A DNA stretch of 55,881 nucleotides from contig JAZBOO010000374.1 in assembly GCA_036351155.1 (NCBI GenBank), positions 1-55,881 of the forward strand. Direction: 5' to 3'. This document shows, piece by piece, positions 16,936-27,123 of this stretch (positions are counted from its first letter, which is position 1; the number at the start of each line of letters is the position of its first letter). The stretch is from Candidatus Krumholzibacteriia bacterium. GTDB taxonomy: Bacteria; Krumholzibacteriota; Krumholzibacteriia; LZORAL124-64-63. Position numbers and translations under genes: made by a program. Under the pieces are notes generated by a model that worked only from the letters and a program-made list of their open reading frames with translations, did not search any database and was not told the origin of the DNA.

Positions 16936-19900
16936 GTGAAACTGAAAACCATAGAGATCCAGGGCTTCAAGTCCTTTGTCGATCGCACCCGTCTGGAATT
17001 CGATGAGGGCATCACCGCCATCCTCGGCCCCAACGGTTGCGGCAAATCCAACGTGGTGGACGCCATCCGCTGGGTGCTGGGCGAGCAGTCGGCCAAGCAG
17101 CTGCGTGGTGGAAAGATGGACGACGTCATCTTCAAGGGCACCACCAAGCGGCGGCCCGTGGGCATGGCTGAAGTCACCCTGATTTTCAGCAACGAGGACC
17201 GCGGGCTGGCCATCGAATTCAACGAGGTGGCCATCAAGCGTCGGGTCACGCGCGATGGGGGCAGCGACTATTTCCTCAACGGCTCGCCCTGCCGGCTCAA
17301 GGACCTGAAAGATCTGTTCTACGACAGCGGCGTGAACAACACCAGCTACAGCATCATCGAGGAATCGATGATCAAGCAGATCCTGAACGAGAACAACACC
17401 GAGCTGCGGCAGCTGCTGGAAGAGGGCTCGGGCATCACCAAGTACAAGGCCCGGCGCAAGGAAACGCAGCGCAAGCTCGACCGCACGCAGAACGACCTGA
17501 CCCGCCTGTACGACATCATCGAGGAAATCAGCCGCGAGGTGCGCTCCCTGCAACGGCAGGTGGGCAAGGCTCGTCGGCATCAGCGGCTGTTCAAGGAGAT
17601 CCGCAGCCTGGATCTGTCGGTGGCCGCCCGCCGCCACATGTCCCTGGACAACCAGGAGACCGAGGCCCGCGAGAAGCTGGAACTGTTCCGCACCGAGGCC
17701 GAAACCGGCGTGGGAGAGCTGGCCGAACTGCAGGCCAGGATTGAAGCGGTGCGGCCCCGGATCGATGAGCGGGAGTCCGAACGCCAGGGGCTGGAAGGTG
17801 CCCTGCAGGCTTTCGAAGAGGAGCTGCAGGAGACGGAACGCCAGGTGCTGGTGCTTCAGCATCGCATCGAGGAGCACGAGCGTCGGATCGAGGAGAACAC
17901 CAGCGGCATCGGTGAGGCCGAGCAGCGCCAGAAGGATATCGAGGGTCAGATCACCCGTCTGAGCGAGAATCTGAAGATCATCGAAGCCGAACTGGAAGGG
18001 GCGGAGGGTCTGCTGCTGGAAAAGGCCGAAACCCTGCAGGTGATGGAGGACCGGCTGGAGAGCGACCGTGCCGCCCTGGACCAGGCCACGGCGAAGAACC
18101 TGGAGGTCATCGAGAGCGATGCCAGCCAGCGCAGCCGGCTGCGTGAGCTTCAGGTCAAGCAGGAGAATCGCAAGGAACGCATGACCATCCTGACCGAGGA
18201 CCGGGAAACCATCCTGCTCCGCGGGCAGGAGGCTGCCGGTCAGCTGGCTCAGCTGGCCCAGCAGGGTGAAGTGCTGGCCCATCAGCGGCGGGAGCACCTG
18301 GAGGGCCTGGCCGACCTGGAAAAGCGGGAAACCGAACTGGAAATGCAAGGTCCGGATCTGCAGGAAGAAGTGTCCGCCCTGCTGGCAAGACGCGAGGCGG
18401 CCAGGTCGACCCGGGACCTGCTTCAGAAACTGCACGAGGATTACGAAGGCTACGGTCAGGGGCCGCGTGAAATCCTGAAACGTCACGGCGAAGAACCCCG
18501 GGTCAACGGGGGCCTGGCCGACCTTCTCAAGGTCGAACCCCGGGATACTGTGGCCCTGGAGCTGCTGCTCGATGAGCTGCTGGACGCCGTGGTGGTGGAT
18601 GAGGCGGACACCGCCCTGGACCTGGTTCGCGAGCTGCGGGCCGAGGAAATCGGCGAGGTGCGTTTCCTTTGCGGTCAGGGATTCGGGTTGCAGGATGCGC
18701 CGCAGCTGGGTGACCTGGCCGGCGGCCGTTCGGCCACCGAGGTGGTCTCCGGGCCTGGTGCCGACCTGCCGGTGATGAAGAACCTTCTGGCCCGTTCCGT
18801 GGTTTTCGACACCGATGAACTGGCGCTGCGGGCCGCCCGCAATCATGCCGGCCCGGGCGTGGTGATCTGTGTCAGCCGTGAAGGTCTGCTGGCCACCAGC
18901 GAGGGGACCGTGCGCGGGGGCCGCGGAGATCGGGCCGACAGCAACCTCCTGGGACGCCGGGAAAAGCTGGACGAGTTGACCCGGGACATCGCCGGGATTG
19001 AAACCCGCCTGACCGCCGCTCAGGAAAAAGTGGCCGCGAACCGTTCCCATCGTGAGGAGCTGCGGGAAGGATTGATCCGCGGCCGCGGAGAGCTGACCAG
19101 GCTGGATGACCAGCTGGGCAAGCTTCAGGTCCAGTCGGCCCAGCTGGAACATCAGCGGGACAGTGCCGGAACCCGGGCCGAGGAAATGGAAGCCGAGAAG
19201 GTGCGTCTGGCCGAAGAGGTGGCGGTGCTGGCCGGCCAGGAACAGGAGCTGACCGACCAGCTGGACGAGAGCGGAAAGCTGCGGGCCAGCAGCACCATTC
19301 ATCGCGACGAACTGCGGCGGCAGGTCCACGAGGCCGAGATGGCCCGAGATGAGGCGCGGGCCGAGGCCGAGGAATTGCGGCTGTCCCGCCAGCGGAGCGA
19401 GAGCCAGAAACGGGAAACCGAAACGGCCCTGGTGCATCTGCGCGAGAACGTGGCCGAGCAGTTCTCGCGGCGGGAGCGGCTGGCCCAGGAGATCGAGGTC
19501 GGCCGTGAGTCGGTGGCCGCCCTGTCCGAGGAACTGGGCGAGAAGCGTCAGATCCTGAGCAAGGGCATGGACGAGCGGGAGCGTCGCCGGCAGGTTCTGC
19601 GGGCTGCCACCGAGGGCATCCAGAAGCTGCACGAGGAAACCGCCCAGTGGCACGACCGCGTCCAGATCATCGAGAAGCAACGGGGCGGGTACCGCGATCA
19701 GGCCCACGAAATGGAAACCCTGCTGGCCACTCTCGATATCAAGCGGAACAACCTCGAGGAACGCATCGAGGAGCAGTACAAGGGGAACTTCCAGGACCTG
19801 GTGTCGGCCATCAACGAGGACGATCTGCCCAGGGAGCTGGAACGTGAGGAGGGGGTGTTCCAGTACGAGCAGGCGGAGAAGATTCTGCACCAGAAGCGGG

Positions 19901-20781
19901 ATCAGCTCAATTCGCTGGGACCCATCAACCACCTGGCCCTCGAGGAGTTCGAAACCAAGAAGGAGCGTCTCGACTTCCTGGAGAAGCAGCGGGACGACGT
20001 GGAGCAGGCGCGTGACGATCTGGTCAAGGCCATCACCGAGATCAATCGCACCGCCAAGAAACGGTTCGTGGAAACCTTCGAGAACGTGCGTCGCAATTAC
20101 ATTGCCGTGTTCGGCACCCTGTTCAAGGGCGGGCGGGCCGATCTGCAGCTGGTCAAGACCGACGACCCGCTGGAGAGCCATCTCCACGTGACGGCCCAGC
20201 CCACGGGCAAGGTGATTGACACGGTGTCCTTGCTGTCGGGCGGCGAGCGCTGTCTGACCGCACTGAGCCTGCTGTTTGCCGTTTACCTGGTGAAGCCTTC
20301 GCCGTTCTGTGTGCTCGATGAGGCCGATGCGCCGCTGGATGACGCCAACATCGGGCGCTTCGTCAACATGCTCCGCGAGTTCAGCCGCAACACCCAGTTC
20401 CTGGTCATCACTCACAACAAGCTGACCATGGAAACTGCCAATCATCTGTACGGCGTGACCATGATGGAGCCCGGGTGCAGCAACATCGTCTCGGTGAGCT
20501 TCAATGATGTGGCCGACAGCCAGAGTGACCGCGACCTGGGCAACGCCATCGCCAACCGTCGTCAGATGGTGGACACGGTGGAGGATGAAAAGCGCAGTCA
20601 GGAAAGCCTGGCCTTTGCTGATGTGCCGGTTGCCGAGAACGAGGTCGTTGCTGAAGCCGAGGTCCAAGAGGCCGAGGTTGAAGAGGTCGAGGTTGAAGAG
20701 GCCGAGGTTGGAGAAGCCGAGGTGGACGAGACCGAGGGGGAAATCATCGACGACGAGGACACCATGGAGGCGAGCCAATGA
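16936..20781 (+). CDS. smc: chromosome segregation protein SMC
   Basis: VKLKTIEIQGFKSFVDRT...ILGPNGCGKSNVVDAIRWVLGEQS (Walker A), long coiled coils, a hinge, LSGGERCLTALSLLFAV (signature) and CVLDEADAPLDD (Walker B). GTG 16936 gives the canonical N-terminus; ATG 16888 is an alternative. Confidence 0.95.
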   Translation: MKLKTIEIQGFKSFVDRTRLEFDEGITAILGPNGCGKSNVVDAIRWVLGEQSAKQLRGGKMDDVIFKGTTKRRPVGMAEVTLIFSNEDRGLAIEFNEVAIKRRVTRDGGSDYFLNGSPCRLKDLKDLFYDSGVNNTSYSIIEESMIKQILNENNTELRQLLEEGSGITKYKARRKETQRKLDRTQNDLTRLYDIIEEISREVRSLQRQVGKARRHQRLFKEIRSLDLSVAARRHMSLDNQETEAREKLELFRTEAETGVGELAELQARIEAVRPRIDERESERQGLEGALQAFEEELQETERQVLVLQHRIEEHERRIEENTSGIGEAEQRQKDIEGQITRLSENLKIIEAELEGAEGLLLEKAETLQVMEDRLESDRAALDQATAKNLEVIESDASQRSRLRELQVKQENRKERMTILTEDRETILLRGQEAAGQLAQLAQQGEVLAHQRREHLEGLADLEKRETELEMQGPDLQEEVSALLARREAARSTRDLLQKLHEDYEGYGQGPREILKRHGEEPRVNGGLADLLKVEPRDTVALELLLDELLDAVVVDEADTALDLVRELRAEEIGEVRFLCGQGFGLQDAPQLGDLAGGRSATEVVSGPGADLPVMKNLLARSVVFDTDELALRAARNHAGPGVVICVSREGLLATSEGTVRGGRGDRADSNLLGRREKLDELTRDIAGIETRLTAAQEKVAANRSHREELREGLIRGRGELTRLDDQLGKLQVQSAQLEHQRDSAGTRAEEMEAEKVRLAEEVAVLAGQEQELTDQLDESGKLRASSTIHRDELRRQVHEAEMARDEARAEAEELRLSRQRSESQKRETETALVHLRENVAEQFSRRERLAQEIEVGRESVAALSEELGEKRQILSKGMDERERRRQVLRAATEGIQKLHEETAQWHDRVQIIEKQRGGYRDQAHEMETLLATLDIKRNNLEERIEEQYKGNFQDLVSAINEDDLPRELEREEGVFQYEQAEKILHQKRDQLNSLGPINHLALEEFETKKERLDFLEKQRDDVEQARDDLVKAITEINRTAKKRFVETFENVRRNYIAVFGTLFKGGRADLQLVKTDDPLESHLHVTAQPTGKVIDTVSLLSGGERCLTALSLLFAVYLVKPSPFCVLDEADAPLDDANIGRFVNMLREFSRNTQFLVITHNKLTMETANHLYGVTMMEPGCSNIVSVSFNDVADSQSDRDLGNAIANRRQMVDTVEDEKRSQESLAFADVPVAENEVVAEAEVQEAEVEEVEVEEAEVGEAEVDETEGEIIDDEDTMEASQ
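20656..20745 (+). repeat. six tandem 15-nt units (GCCGAGGTTGAAGAG-like) inside the smc 3' end
   Basis: Units at 20656, 20671, 20686, 20701, 20716 and 20731 encode the (E-A/V-E-V-x) acidic repeat EAEVQEAEVEEVEVEEAEVGEAEVDETEGE. Confidence 0.7.
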
Positions 20782-21824
20782 TCAAGGGTGCCCTCGGCAG
20801 ATTCCGGCAGGGACTGCGCAAGACCAGGGACTCCGTGGTGGGTCGCCTGCAAAATATTTTCGGTGGCCGGATCCGGCTCGATGAAGACACGCTCGATCAG
20901 ATCGAGGAACTGCTCATCTCTGCCGACATGGGTGTCAGCTCGGCCGTGGCGATCACCGCGAACATCGAGCAGCGCCTGAAAGAGGAAGGTGGCGAGGCCT
21001 CGCTGGAATCGGTGCTCGAGGTCATCCGCAACGATGTGAAAAAGATTCTGACCGAGGCCGAGCCCAAGGTTCGCCCCCTCAGCTGGGATGCCGAAGAAGA
21101 CACGCCGAAGAAGAAAAAGAAGAAGAAAAAAGGACCGCAGGCCGAGCCGGAGGAAATCCTCGCCGAACCCGTGACCGATGCCCCGCGCGTCATCTTCGTG
21201 GTGGGGGTCAACGGGACGGGCAAGACCACGAGTATTGCCAAGCTGGCGCTGCTGTTGAAGAACGAGGGGAATAGCGTCCTGCTGGCCGCCGGGGACACCT
21301 TCCGGGCAGCGGCCGTGGAGCAGCTGGAAATCTGGGCAGAACGTATCGGTGTGGACTGCGTGCGGCAAGGTGCGGGTGCCGATCCCGCGGCCGTGGTGTT
21401 CGACGCCCTGAGTGCCGCCGAAAGCCGGGGAACCGATGTGGTCATCGTGGACACGGCCGGACGTCTGCACACCAAGACCAATCTGATGGATGAGCTGGGC
21501 AAGGTGGCCCGGGTCATCAAGCGAAAAACTGGCCGGGATCCCGAAACCCTGCTGGTGGTCGACGGCAACACCGGCCAGAACGGTCTCTCGCAGGCCAAGG
21601 TGTTTGCCGAGACGATTCCGGTGCAGTCCCTGGTGTTGACCAAGCTGGACGGAACGGCCAAGGGCGGCATCGTGGTGGCCATTGCCGAAACCCTGGGCTT
21701 GCCGGTGTCCTACGTGGGCATGGGCGAAAAGGCCGAGGATCTGGCCCGCTTCGATGTCGACGCCTTTGTGGACGCCCTGTTCTCCGACTGGTCCGGCGAT
21801 GAGCCGACCGAAGAAACCCCTTAA
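20778..21824 (+). CDS. ftsY: signal recognition particle receptor FtsY
   Basis: VIFVVGVNGTGKTTSIAKLA, DTAGRLH and TKLDGTAKGG form the SRP-GTPase NG domain. The ATG overlaps the smc stop (ATGA). Confidence 0.95.
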   Translation: MIKGALGRFRQGLRKTRDSVVGRLQNIFGGRIRLDEDTLDQIEELLISADMGVSSAVAITANIEQRLKEEGGEASLESVLEVIRNDVKKILTEAEPKVRPLSWDAEEDTPKKKKKKKKGPQAEPEEILAEPVTDAPRVIFVVGVNGTGKTTSIAKLALLLKNEGNSVLLAAGDTFRAAAVEQLEIWAERIGVDCVRQGAGADPAAVVFDALSAAESRGTDVVIVDTAGRLHTKTNLMDELGKVARVIKRKTGRDPETLLVVDGNTGQNGLSQAKVFAETIPVQSLVLTKLDGTAKGGIVVAIAETLGLPVSYVGMGEKAEDLARFDVDAFVDALFSDWSGDEPTEETP

Positions 21825-21839
21825 ATCGCCGGAGACTGT

Positions 21840-23183
21840 GTGCGCAGAAGGCGAGACAACAGAAAACGCCGAGGCCGCCGGGTCGAGGAGCTGCTGGTCC
21901 GGATGCGGCCCGGTCGTGGTAGGCCCCGCAAGGAGGCCACGGACTCCGACGCCCGGGATCACCGTTCCGACAAGCGCTGGCAGGGTTTTCGGACCCTGGA
22001 CTACCACCGCAACCGGGAGCTCTTCGACAAGCTGGTCACCCTGGACTACGATTTTCTGCTCGCCCAGAATTTCACGGCCACACCCCGGGTGCTGGCCGAC
22101 CTCTTGCCCCAGTCGGTGGTGGGACGGGCCCAGAATGGGCACGGCTGGTTCACCGACGAATTCGGCACCTCCCTGCACTTTCCCGATGCCACCTTCGAAC
22201 GTGTCTTGACTGTCCTGGAAGCGGCCGACCCCAACTTGAAGGGCCAGCTGGTGCGTCACCGCCGGGGGCGCATGCTGGATCGGTTTGCCTCCTGGCTGTT
22301 CGAACGTCTGGACCAGCCCGAGCTGGAACTGGTGATCGACGGCCAGCCCCTTTTCGGGGTGACCTTTCTGCCCGAGGGCAAGGTGGACACGCGCGCTTTC
22401 CTGACCGGTCTGGTCCTGGCCGGATTCATGGACGACTGGTCCTACCGCCGGACCACCATGCTCCAGCACAAGCGCACGTTCGCCGGCATGCCGTTCCACA
22501 TGGGGGGCGGGGAAATCCTGATCGTCGATCGTGCCGCCTTCGAACTTTGCGGCCTGGGGGACACCGGGGCGACCGTCTTTCTGGACGATCAGCTGCGTAC
22601 CCTCAAGGACATCGGCGTGGTGTGCTCCAATCGCCACGCCACCTACAGCTTTCCCGATTTCGACCAGGCCTTCTTCCGCCGCCAGATGGGCGATGGTGTG
22701 TGCGACGATCTGGCCCTGATCTACGTGGGGGCCAGGTACGGGTACGGGGCCATGCTGGGCGCCTTTGTCATGGACGCCATCGACACTTACGACAAGTACC
22801 TGCTGGATCTGACCTGGGGAGGTTTCGACACGGCTCTGGCCGGCCGCATCCAGAAGCACTTCCGGCAAACCGAGGATGCCCCCCTGGTGTGCGACAGCGC
22901 CATCCTGGATCTCATCCATTTCGCGGCCAAGCGCAACGATCCCCCGATCAACCTGAGCAGCAGCCATCGCCGGCTGATCCAGGTGGAAAAACACAGCGCC
23001 GTGCCCACACTGCTGAACCACTGGCGCTTCCTGCAGGGCAAAGAGGTCTACGAAATCGAGCTTGGCTTCAGCCGGGTGCCTGCCCGCGAATTCTACAAGA
23101 TGGCCTGGAAGCGGCTGAAGTCTGCCGACCTGCCCTGCCCCGAACCCACCTACACCAAGGCGAAACCCACTCCTCGATCTTGA
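21840..23183 (+). CDS. hypothetical protein, no family recognised; Arg-rich N-terminus
   Basis: 447-codon ORF with clear GC3-rich codon pattern (e.g. ctg gac tac cac cgc aac cgg gag ctc ttc gac aag ctg gtc acc). N-terminus RRRRDNRKRRGRR...GRGRPRK. No motif I can assign. Start uncertain: GTG 21840 or ATG 21903. Confidence 0.6.
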   Translation: MRRRRDNRKRRGRRVEELLVRMRPGRGRPRKEATDSDARDHRSDKRWQGFRTLDYHRNRELFDKLVTLDYDFLLAQNFTATPRVLADLLPQSVVGRAQNGHGWFTDEFGTSLHFPDATFERVLTVLEAADPNLKGQLVRHRRGRMLDRFASWLFERLDQPELELVIDGQPLFGVTFLPEGKVDTRAFLTGLVLAGFMDDWSYRRTTMLQHKRTFAGMPFHMGGGEILIVDRAAFELCGLGDTGATVFLDDQLRTLKDIGVVCSNRHATYSFPDFDQAFFRRQMGDGVCDDLALIYVGARYGYGAMLGAFVMDAIDTYDKYLLDLTWGGFDTALAGRIQKHFRQTEDAPLVCDSAILDLIHFAAKRNDPPINLSSSHRRLIQVEKHSAVPTLLNHWRFLQGKEVYEIELGFSRVPAREFYKMAWKRLKSADLPCPEPTYTKAKPTPRS

Positions 23184-23255
23184 CGAGGCGGGTTCATCCT
23201 GCTAATTTTGGCCTGACAACCCAATAGGATCCACCTTTGCGGTGGACCCAAACCT

Positions 23256-23390
<135 letters not shown>

Positions 23391-23432
23391 GCGGTTCCTG
23401 CTTTCCGCTTGCCTTCCGGTTGCCCGGTGGGT

Positions 23433-23457
23433 GGCGGTGCTCCGCCTTGCTTTTCCC
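23433..23457 (+). terminator. possible riboswitch expression-platform terminator
   Basis: GGCGG-tgct-CCGCC hairpin followed by the T-rich TTGCTTTTCCC, between the aptamer and the ribD start. Short stem, so weak. Confidence 0.35.
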
Positions 23458-23480
23458 TCAAGCCATGCCCCTGTGATGCC

Positions 23481-24668
23481 ATGTCCACCAAGGACTCCGT
23501 CGGCGATGCCCTTTCGAACCCCGAAGGGGATCTCACCACCCGTGATCAGCGCTACATGCGTGAAGCCCTGGCCATGGCTCGGCGTGCTCAGAATCGCACC
23601 TGGCCCAATCCCCCGGTGGGTGCGGTGGTGGTCAAGGGCGAACGGATCATCGGGCGGGGGACCCATGAAGGCTGTGGACAGCCCCACGCCGAACCGGGCG
23701 CCCTGCAGGAAGCGGGAGAACAGTCCTGCGGGGCCACTCTCTACGTGACCCTGGAACCCTGCAACCACCAGGGCCGGACTCCGCCCTGTGCGCCGGCCGT
23801 TTTTGCGGCGGGCATCAAGCGGGTGGTGGTGGGCATGCGCGATCCCAACCCATCGGTCGGCGGCGGCGGCTGCCGCTATCTGCGTGACCGGGGCGTGGAA
23901 GTGGTCTGCGGCGTTCTGGCCGAGGAATGTCTCGAACTCGCCTGGCCTTTCGTGGCCACCGACAATTTCACCCGCCCCTACGTGGAACTGAAAACCGCCG
24001 TCAGCCTGGACGGACGTTTCGCTCCCGACCCGGCCCAGCGCTCGGCTGCCCAGCCCGTGTATTTGACCGGCCCGGTCGCCAGGCATGACGTGCATCTCCG
24101 CCGCCGCCGCGTGGACCTCGTCCTGGTGGGGAAGGGGACGGCGCTGGCCGATCGGCCCCGCCTCGATGGGCGGATGGTGACCTGCAGCGACCTGGTGCCC
24201 TCGCCGGATCCTCGAGCGGGCTACGTGGACACCCACCTGGAATGTGAGGGCGGACTGGATGCTGCAGCGTTCATGGTCTTCGCGGGGCAGTCGGCCCAGG
24301 ACAATCCCCGGCGCCACGCGCTGGAGAAGCTGGGGGCTGACATCGTTTTTTGCCGGGAAAAAGATGGCCGGGTGGATCCCCGCAGCCTGGTGGAGCAGGC
24401 GGCCCAGCGCGGCCTGCTGACCCTGATGGTCGAAGGCGGGCCCACCCTGGCCCGCTCCTTTCTGGCCCATGGGCTGGTCGATCGCTGGTTGGCCTACACG
24501 GCCCCCGTGGTTCTGGGGCGGGGCGTGGGCTGGGCCACGGCTGACCATGACCCCATCGTGCAACCCATGCGCTTCCAGCTGACCCGGACCGAGGTGCTGG
24601 ATCGAGATCTCCTGGCGGTTTACGACCAGCGGGATTTTGCGTCCGAGCTGGGCCACGTCACCATCTAG
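23481..24668 (+). CDS. ribD: bifunctional riboflavin biosynthesis deaminase/reductase RibD
   Basis: [12 protein letters not shown]...NPPVGAVVV...HAEPGAL...[14 protein letters not shown] is the CMP/dCMP deaminase zinc motif, followed by a reductase domain. First ATG after the riboswitch. Confidence 0.9.
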   Translation: MSTKDSVGDALSNPEGDLTTRDQRYMREALAMARRAQNRTWPNPPVGAVVVKGERIIGRGTHEGCGQPHAEPGALQEAGEQSCGATLYVTLEPCNHQGRTPPCAPAVFAAGIKRVVVGMRDPNPSVGGGGCRYLRDRGVEVVCGVLAEECLELAWPFVATDNFTRPYVELKTAVSLDGRFAPDPAQRSAAQPVYLTGPVARHDVHLRRRRVDLVLVGKGTALADRPRLDGRMVTCSDLVPSPDPRAGYVDTHLECEGGLDAAAFMVFAGQSAQDNPRRHALEKLGADIVFCREKDGRVDPRSLVEQAAQRGLLTLMVEGGPTLARSFLAHGLVDRWLAYTAPVVLGRGVGWATADHDPIVQPMRFQLTRTEVLDRDLLAVYDQRDFASELGHVTI

Positions 24669-24682
24669 AGAGGAGGGCGACA

Positions 24683-25411
24683 ATGTTCACGGGTTTGATC
24701 AAGGAAATCGGCAGAATCCGGGCGCTGACTCCTCGCCAGGGTGTGGTGCGCGTGGATGTGGATGCCCCCCGGACCGCGGGCGCCGCCTCCCTGGGCGACA
24801 GCATTGCCCTCAACGGCATCTGCCTGACGGTGACGGCGGTCAAGGGACGGGTGTTCAGTGTGGAAGCGGCCACCGAGACCCAGAGGCTGTCCACCCTTTC
24901 CAGCTGGCGACGTGGCGACCCCGTGCACATCGAGCCCGCCCTGCGCGCCGGAGACCCCCTGGACGGGCACCTGGTGCAGGGGCACATCGACGGCACGGGG
25001 ACCATCAGCGCCATCCGCAAGAGCGGGGGCAGCGTGTTGCTCACCGTCAAGCTGGCCGATCACCTGGCGCGCTTTCTGACCCCCAAGGGTTCGGTGGCCG
25101 TCGACGGGGTGAGTCTGACGGTGGACGAGGGGCCCTTTCACACGGGCTGCTTCACCGTGAATCTCATTCCCCTGACCTTGCAATGGACCACCTTCGGGAA
25201 AGCCCGTGTGGGCCGTCTGGTGAATCTGGAAATGGACGTCCTGGTCAAGGCGGCGCGTGGCGCGGCCACCTGGGGCGATGTTCCCTCGCTGGATCGGTCC
25301 CCTGGCGGGGCCACATCACCCGAAACACCCGAGGGATGGACCCTCGACCGCCTGCTGGCCAAGGGCTTCGGCAACCGCCGGCCCGGCCGCATCGGGAAAG
25401 GACGCTCATGA
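24683..25411 (+). CDS. ribE: riboflavin synthase (alpha chain)
   Basis: [12 protein letters not shown]...[13 protein letters not shown]...[14 protein letters not shown]...[12 protein letters not shown] shows the duplicated lumazine-binding repeats. Confidence 0.92.
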   Translation: MFTGLIKEIGRIRALTPRQGVVRVDVDAPRTAGAASLGDSIALNGICLTVTAVKGRVFSVEAATETQRLSTLSSWRRGDPVHIEPALRAGDPLDGHLVQGHIDGTGTISAIRKSGGSVLLTVKLADHLARFLTPKGSVAVDGVSLTVDEGPFHTGCFTVNLIPLTLQWTTFGKARVGRLVNLEMDVLVKAARGAATWGDVPSLDRSPGGATSPETPEGWTLDRLLAKGFGNRRPGRIGKGRS

Positions 25412-26634
25412 CCGATTCTCCCACCAACAATGGTCACCTCGACACCATCGAGGAGGCCCTGGCGGCAATGAAGCGCGGCGAGATGATCATCGTGGTCGAT
25501 GATGAAGACCGTGAGAACGAGGGCGACTTCATCATGGCCGCGGAAAAGGTCACGCCGGAAGCGGTGAACTTCATCACCAAGTATGGGCGCGGTTTGATCT
25601 GTCTGGCCGCCACCGGCGAGCGGCTGGATCAGCTGGATATCCAGCCCATGGTGGCGCGCAACACGGCCAGCCTGGGCACCAATTTCACTGTCAGTATCGA
25701 CGCCATCCAGGGGGTGACCACCGGCATCAGCGCCAGCGACCGGGCGCGAACCGTGGAGGTGTTCATCGATCCGGGCAGCAAACCCCACGATCTGGCCCGA
25801 CCCGGTCACATCTTCCCGCTCGAGGCCCAGGCCGGGGGCGTGCTCAAGCGCGCCGGCCACACCGAGGCGGTGGTGGACCTGTGCGAGGCGGCGGGACTGT
25901 ACCCGGCGGGATTGCTGTGCGAGATCATGGACGACAACGGGGAAATGGCCCGTCTGCCGCGACTGCGGGAGATGGCCCGGGAGCACGATCTGAAGCTGAT
26001 CTCCATTGCCGATCTCATCCGCTGGCGGCGCAACAACGAGCAACTGGTCCAGCGTGAGGCCGAGGTGCCGCTGCCCACGGTTTTTGGCGATTTTCGCATG
26101 ATCGCCTATTCGACTCCGGTGGAAAGCGTGACCCACGTGGCCCTGGTCAAAGGCGAGCCGGACCCGGAAACGCCCACTCTGGTGCGGGTGCACAGCGAAT
26201 GCATGACCGGCGACCTCTTCCACAGCCTGCGCTGCGATTGCGGCCAGCAGATGGAAGCCGCCCTGCAGGCCATCAGCGCGGAGGGCACAGGGGTGTTTCT
26301 GTACATGCGGCAGGAAGGGCGCGGCATCGGCCTGATCAACAAGATGAAAGCGTACAAGCTGCAGGACCTGGGAGCCGACACCGTGGAAGCCAACGAGAAG
26401 CTGGGCTTTGCGCCGGACCTGCGCGACTACGGCATCGGCGCGCAGATCCTGCGGGACCTGGGCGTGCGCCGCATGCGACTGATGACCAACAATCCCCGCA
26501 AGATCGTGGGGCTGGAAAGTTACAAGCTGGAGATCACCGAACGGGTGCCGGTGGAGATCGAGCCCAATATCAAGAACGCCAGGTATCTGCACACCAAGAA
26601 GGCCCGCATGGGTCATATTCTGGATCACCTCTAA
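25408..26634 (+). CDS. ribBA: bifunctional 3,4-dihydroxy-2-butanone-4-phosphate synthase / GTP cyclohydrolase II
   Basis: [22 protein letters not shown] (DHBP synthase) and [21 protein letters not shown] (GCH II zinc site). The ATG at 25408 overlaps the ribE stop. The 665-aa track ORF from 24637 is an out-of-context extension across ribE. Confidence 0.93.
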   Translation: MTDSPTNNGHLDTIEEALAAMKRGEMIIVVDDEDRENEGDFIMAAEKVTPEAVNFITKYGRGLICLAATGERLDQLDIQPMVARNTASLGTNFTVSIDAIQGVTTGISASDRARTVEVFIDPGSKPHDLARPGHIFPLEAQAGGVLKRAGHTEAVVDLCEAAGLYPAGLLCEIMDDNGEMARLPRLREMAREHDLKLISIADLIRWRRNNEQLVQREAEVPLPTVFGDFRMIAYSTPVESVTHVALVKGEPDPETPTLVRVHSECMTGDLFHSLRCDCGQQMEAALQAISAEGTGVFLYMRQEGRGIGLINKMKAYKLQDLGADTVEANEKLGFAPDLRDYGIGAQILRDLGVRRMRLMTNNPRKIVGLESYKLEITERVPVEIEPNIKNARYLHTKKARMGHILDHL

Positions 26635-26646
26635 AAGGAGAAGACC

Positions 26647-27120
26647 ATGGGAAGGAAATTCGAAGGCAAGTTCGATGCGCGGGGCAAGAAGATTGCCATC
26701 GTCGGCAGCCGCTTCAACGACTTCTTCACCAGTGAACTGATGGACGGGGCACTGGATTGCCTGCACCGTCACGGGGTAGATGACGAGCAGATCGACACGG
26801 CATGGGTGCCCGGTGGTTTCGAGATCCCCATCGCCGCCAAGCGCTTCGTGCAGACCGGGCGCTATGCGGCGGTCATCTGCGTGGGCTGTATCATCCAGGG
26901 CGACACTCCGCACTTTCACTACGTGAGCAGCGAGGTGACCAAGGGCATTGCCCAGGTCAGTCTGGACTCGGATATTCCCGTCGTTTACGGTATTGTCACG
27001 GCCGAAACCCTGGACCAGGCCATCGAGCGCAGCGGGACCAAGGCCGGAAACAAGGGCTTCGATGCGGCTCTGACTGCTCTGGAAATGATCGACCTCTGCG
27101 CTGTCATCGATGAGGGGTAA
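26647..27120 (+). CDS. ribH: 6,7-dimethyl-8-ribityllumazine synthase
   Basis: IAIVGSRFNDFFTSELMDGA...WVPGGFEIP...VICVGCIIQGDTPHFHYV...GIVT. Confidence 0.95.
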   Translation: MGRKFEGKFDARGKKIAIVGSRFNDFFTSELMDGALDCLHRHGVDDEQIDTAWVPGGFEIPIAAKRFVQTGRYAAVICVGCIIQGDTPHFHYVSSEVTKGIAQVSLDSDIPVVYGIVTAETLDQAIERSGTKAGNKGFDAALTALEMIDLCAVIDEG

Positions 27121-27123
27121 CAC

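Noticed and set aside
16897-20778. 1293-aa ORF antisense to smc
   Set aside because: It exactly mirrors the smc frame. The sequence is low-complexity (Q/L/G/H-rich) with no motifs. It is a typical shadow ORF produced by GAG/CTG-rich coiled-coil codons in GC-rich DNA, and smc on the + strand has all canonical motifs.
20598-23021. 807-aa minus-strand ORF opposite ftsY and the orphan 447-aa gene
   Set aside because: It runs antisense through the unambiguous ftsY. The + strand frame across 21840-23183 shows the expected GC3-rich codon periodicity, so the + ORF was preferred.
23227-23249. Hairpin GGATCCACC-tttgc-GGTGGACCC after the orphan gene, considered as a terminator
   Set aside because: It has one mismatch and no downstream T-tract, and the FMN riboswitch begins immediately after. 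Evidence is insufficient to call an intrinsic terminator.
24637-26634. 665-aa ORF-track entry suggesting a very long RibBA
   Set aside because: The first ~257 codons lie in an alternative frame over ribE and translate to Arg/Gly/Pro-rich nonsense. The RibBA domain starts at the ATG at 25408, which overlaps the ribE stop.
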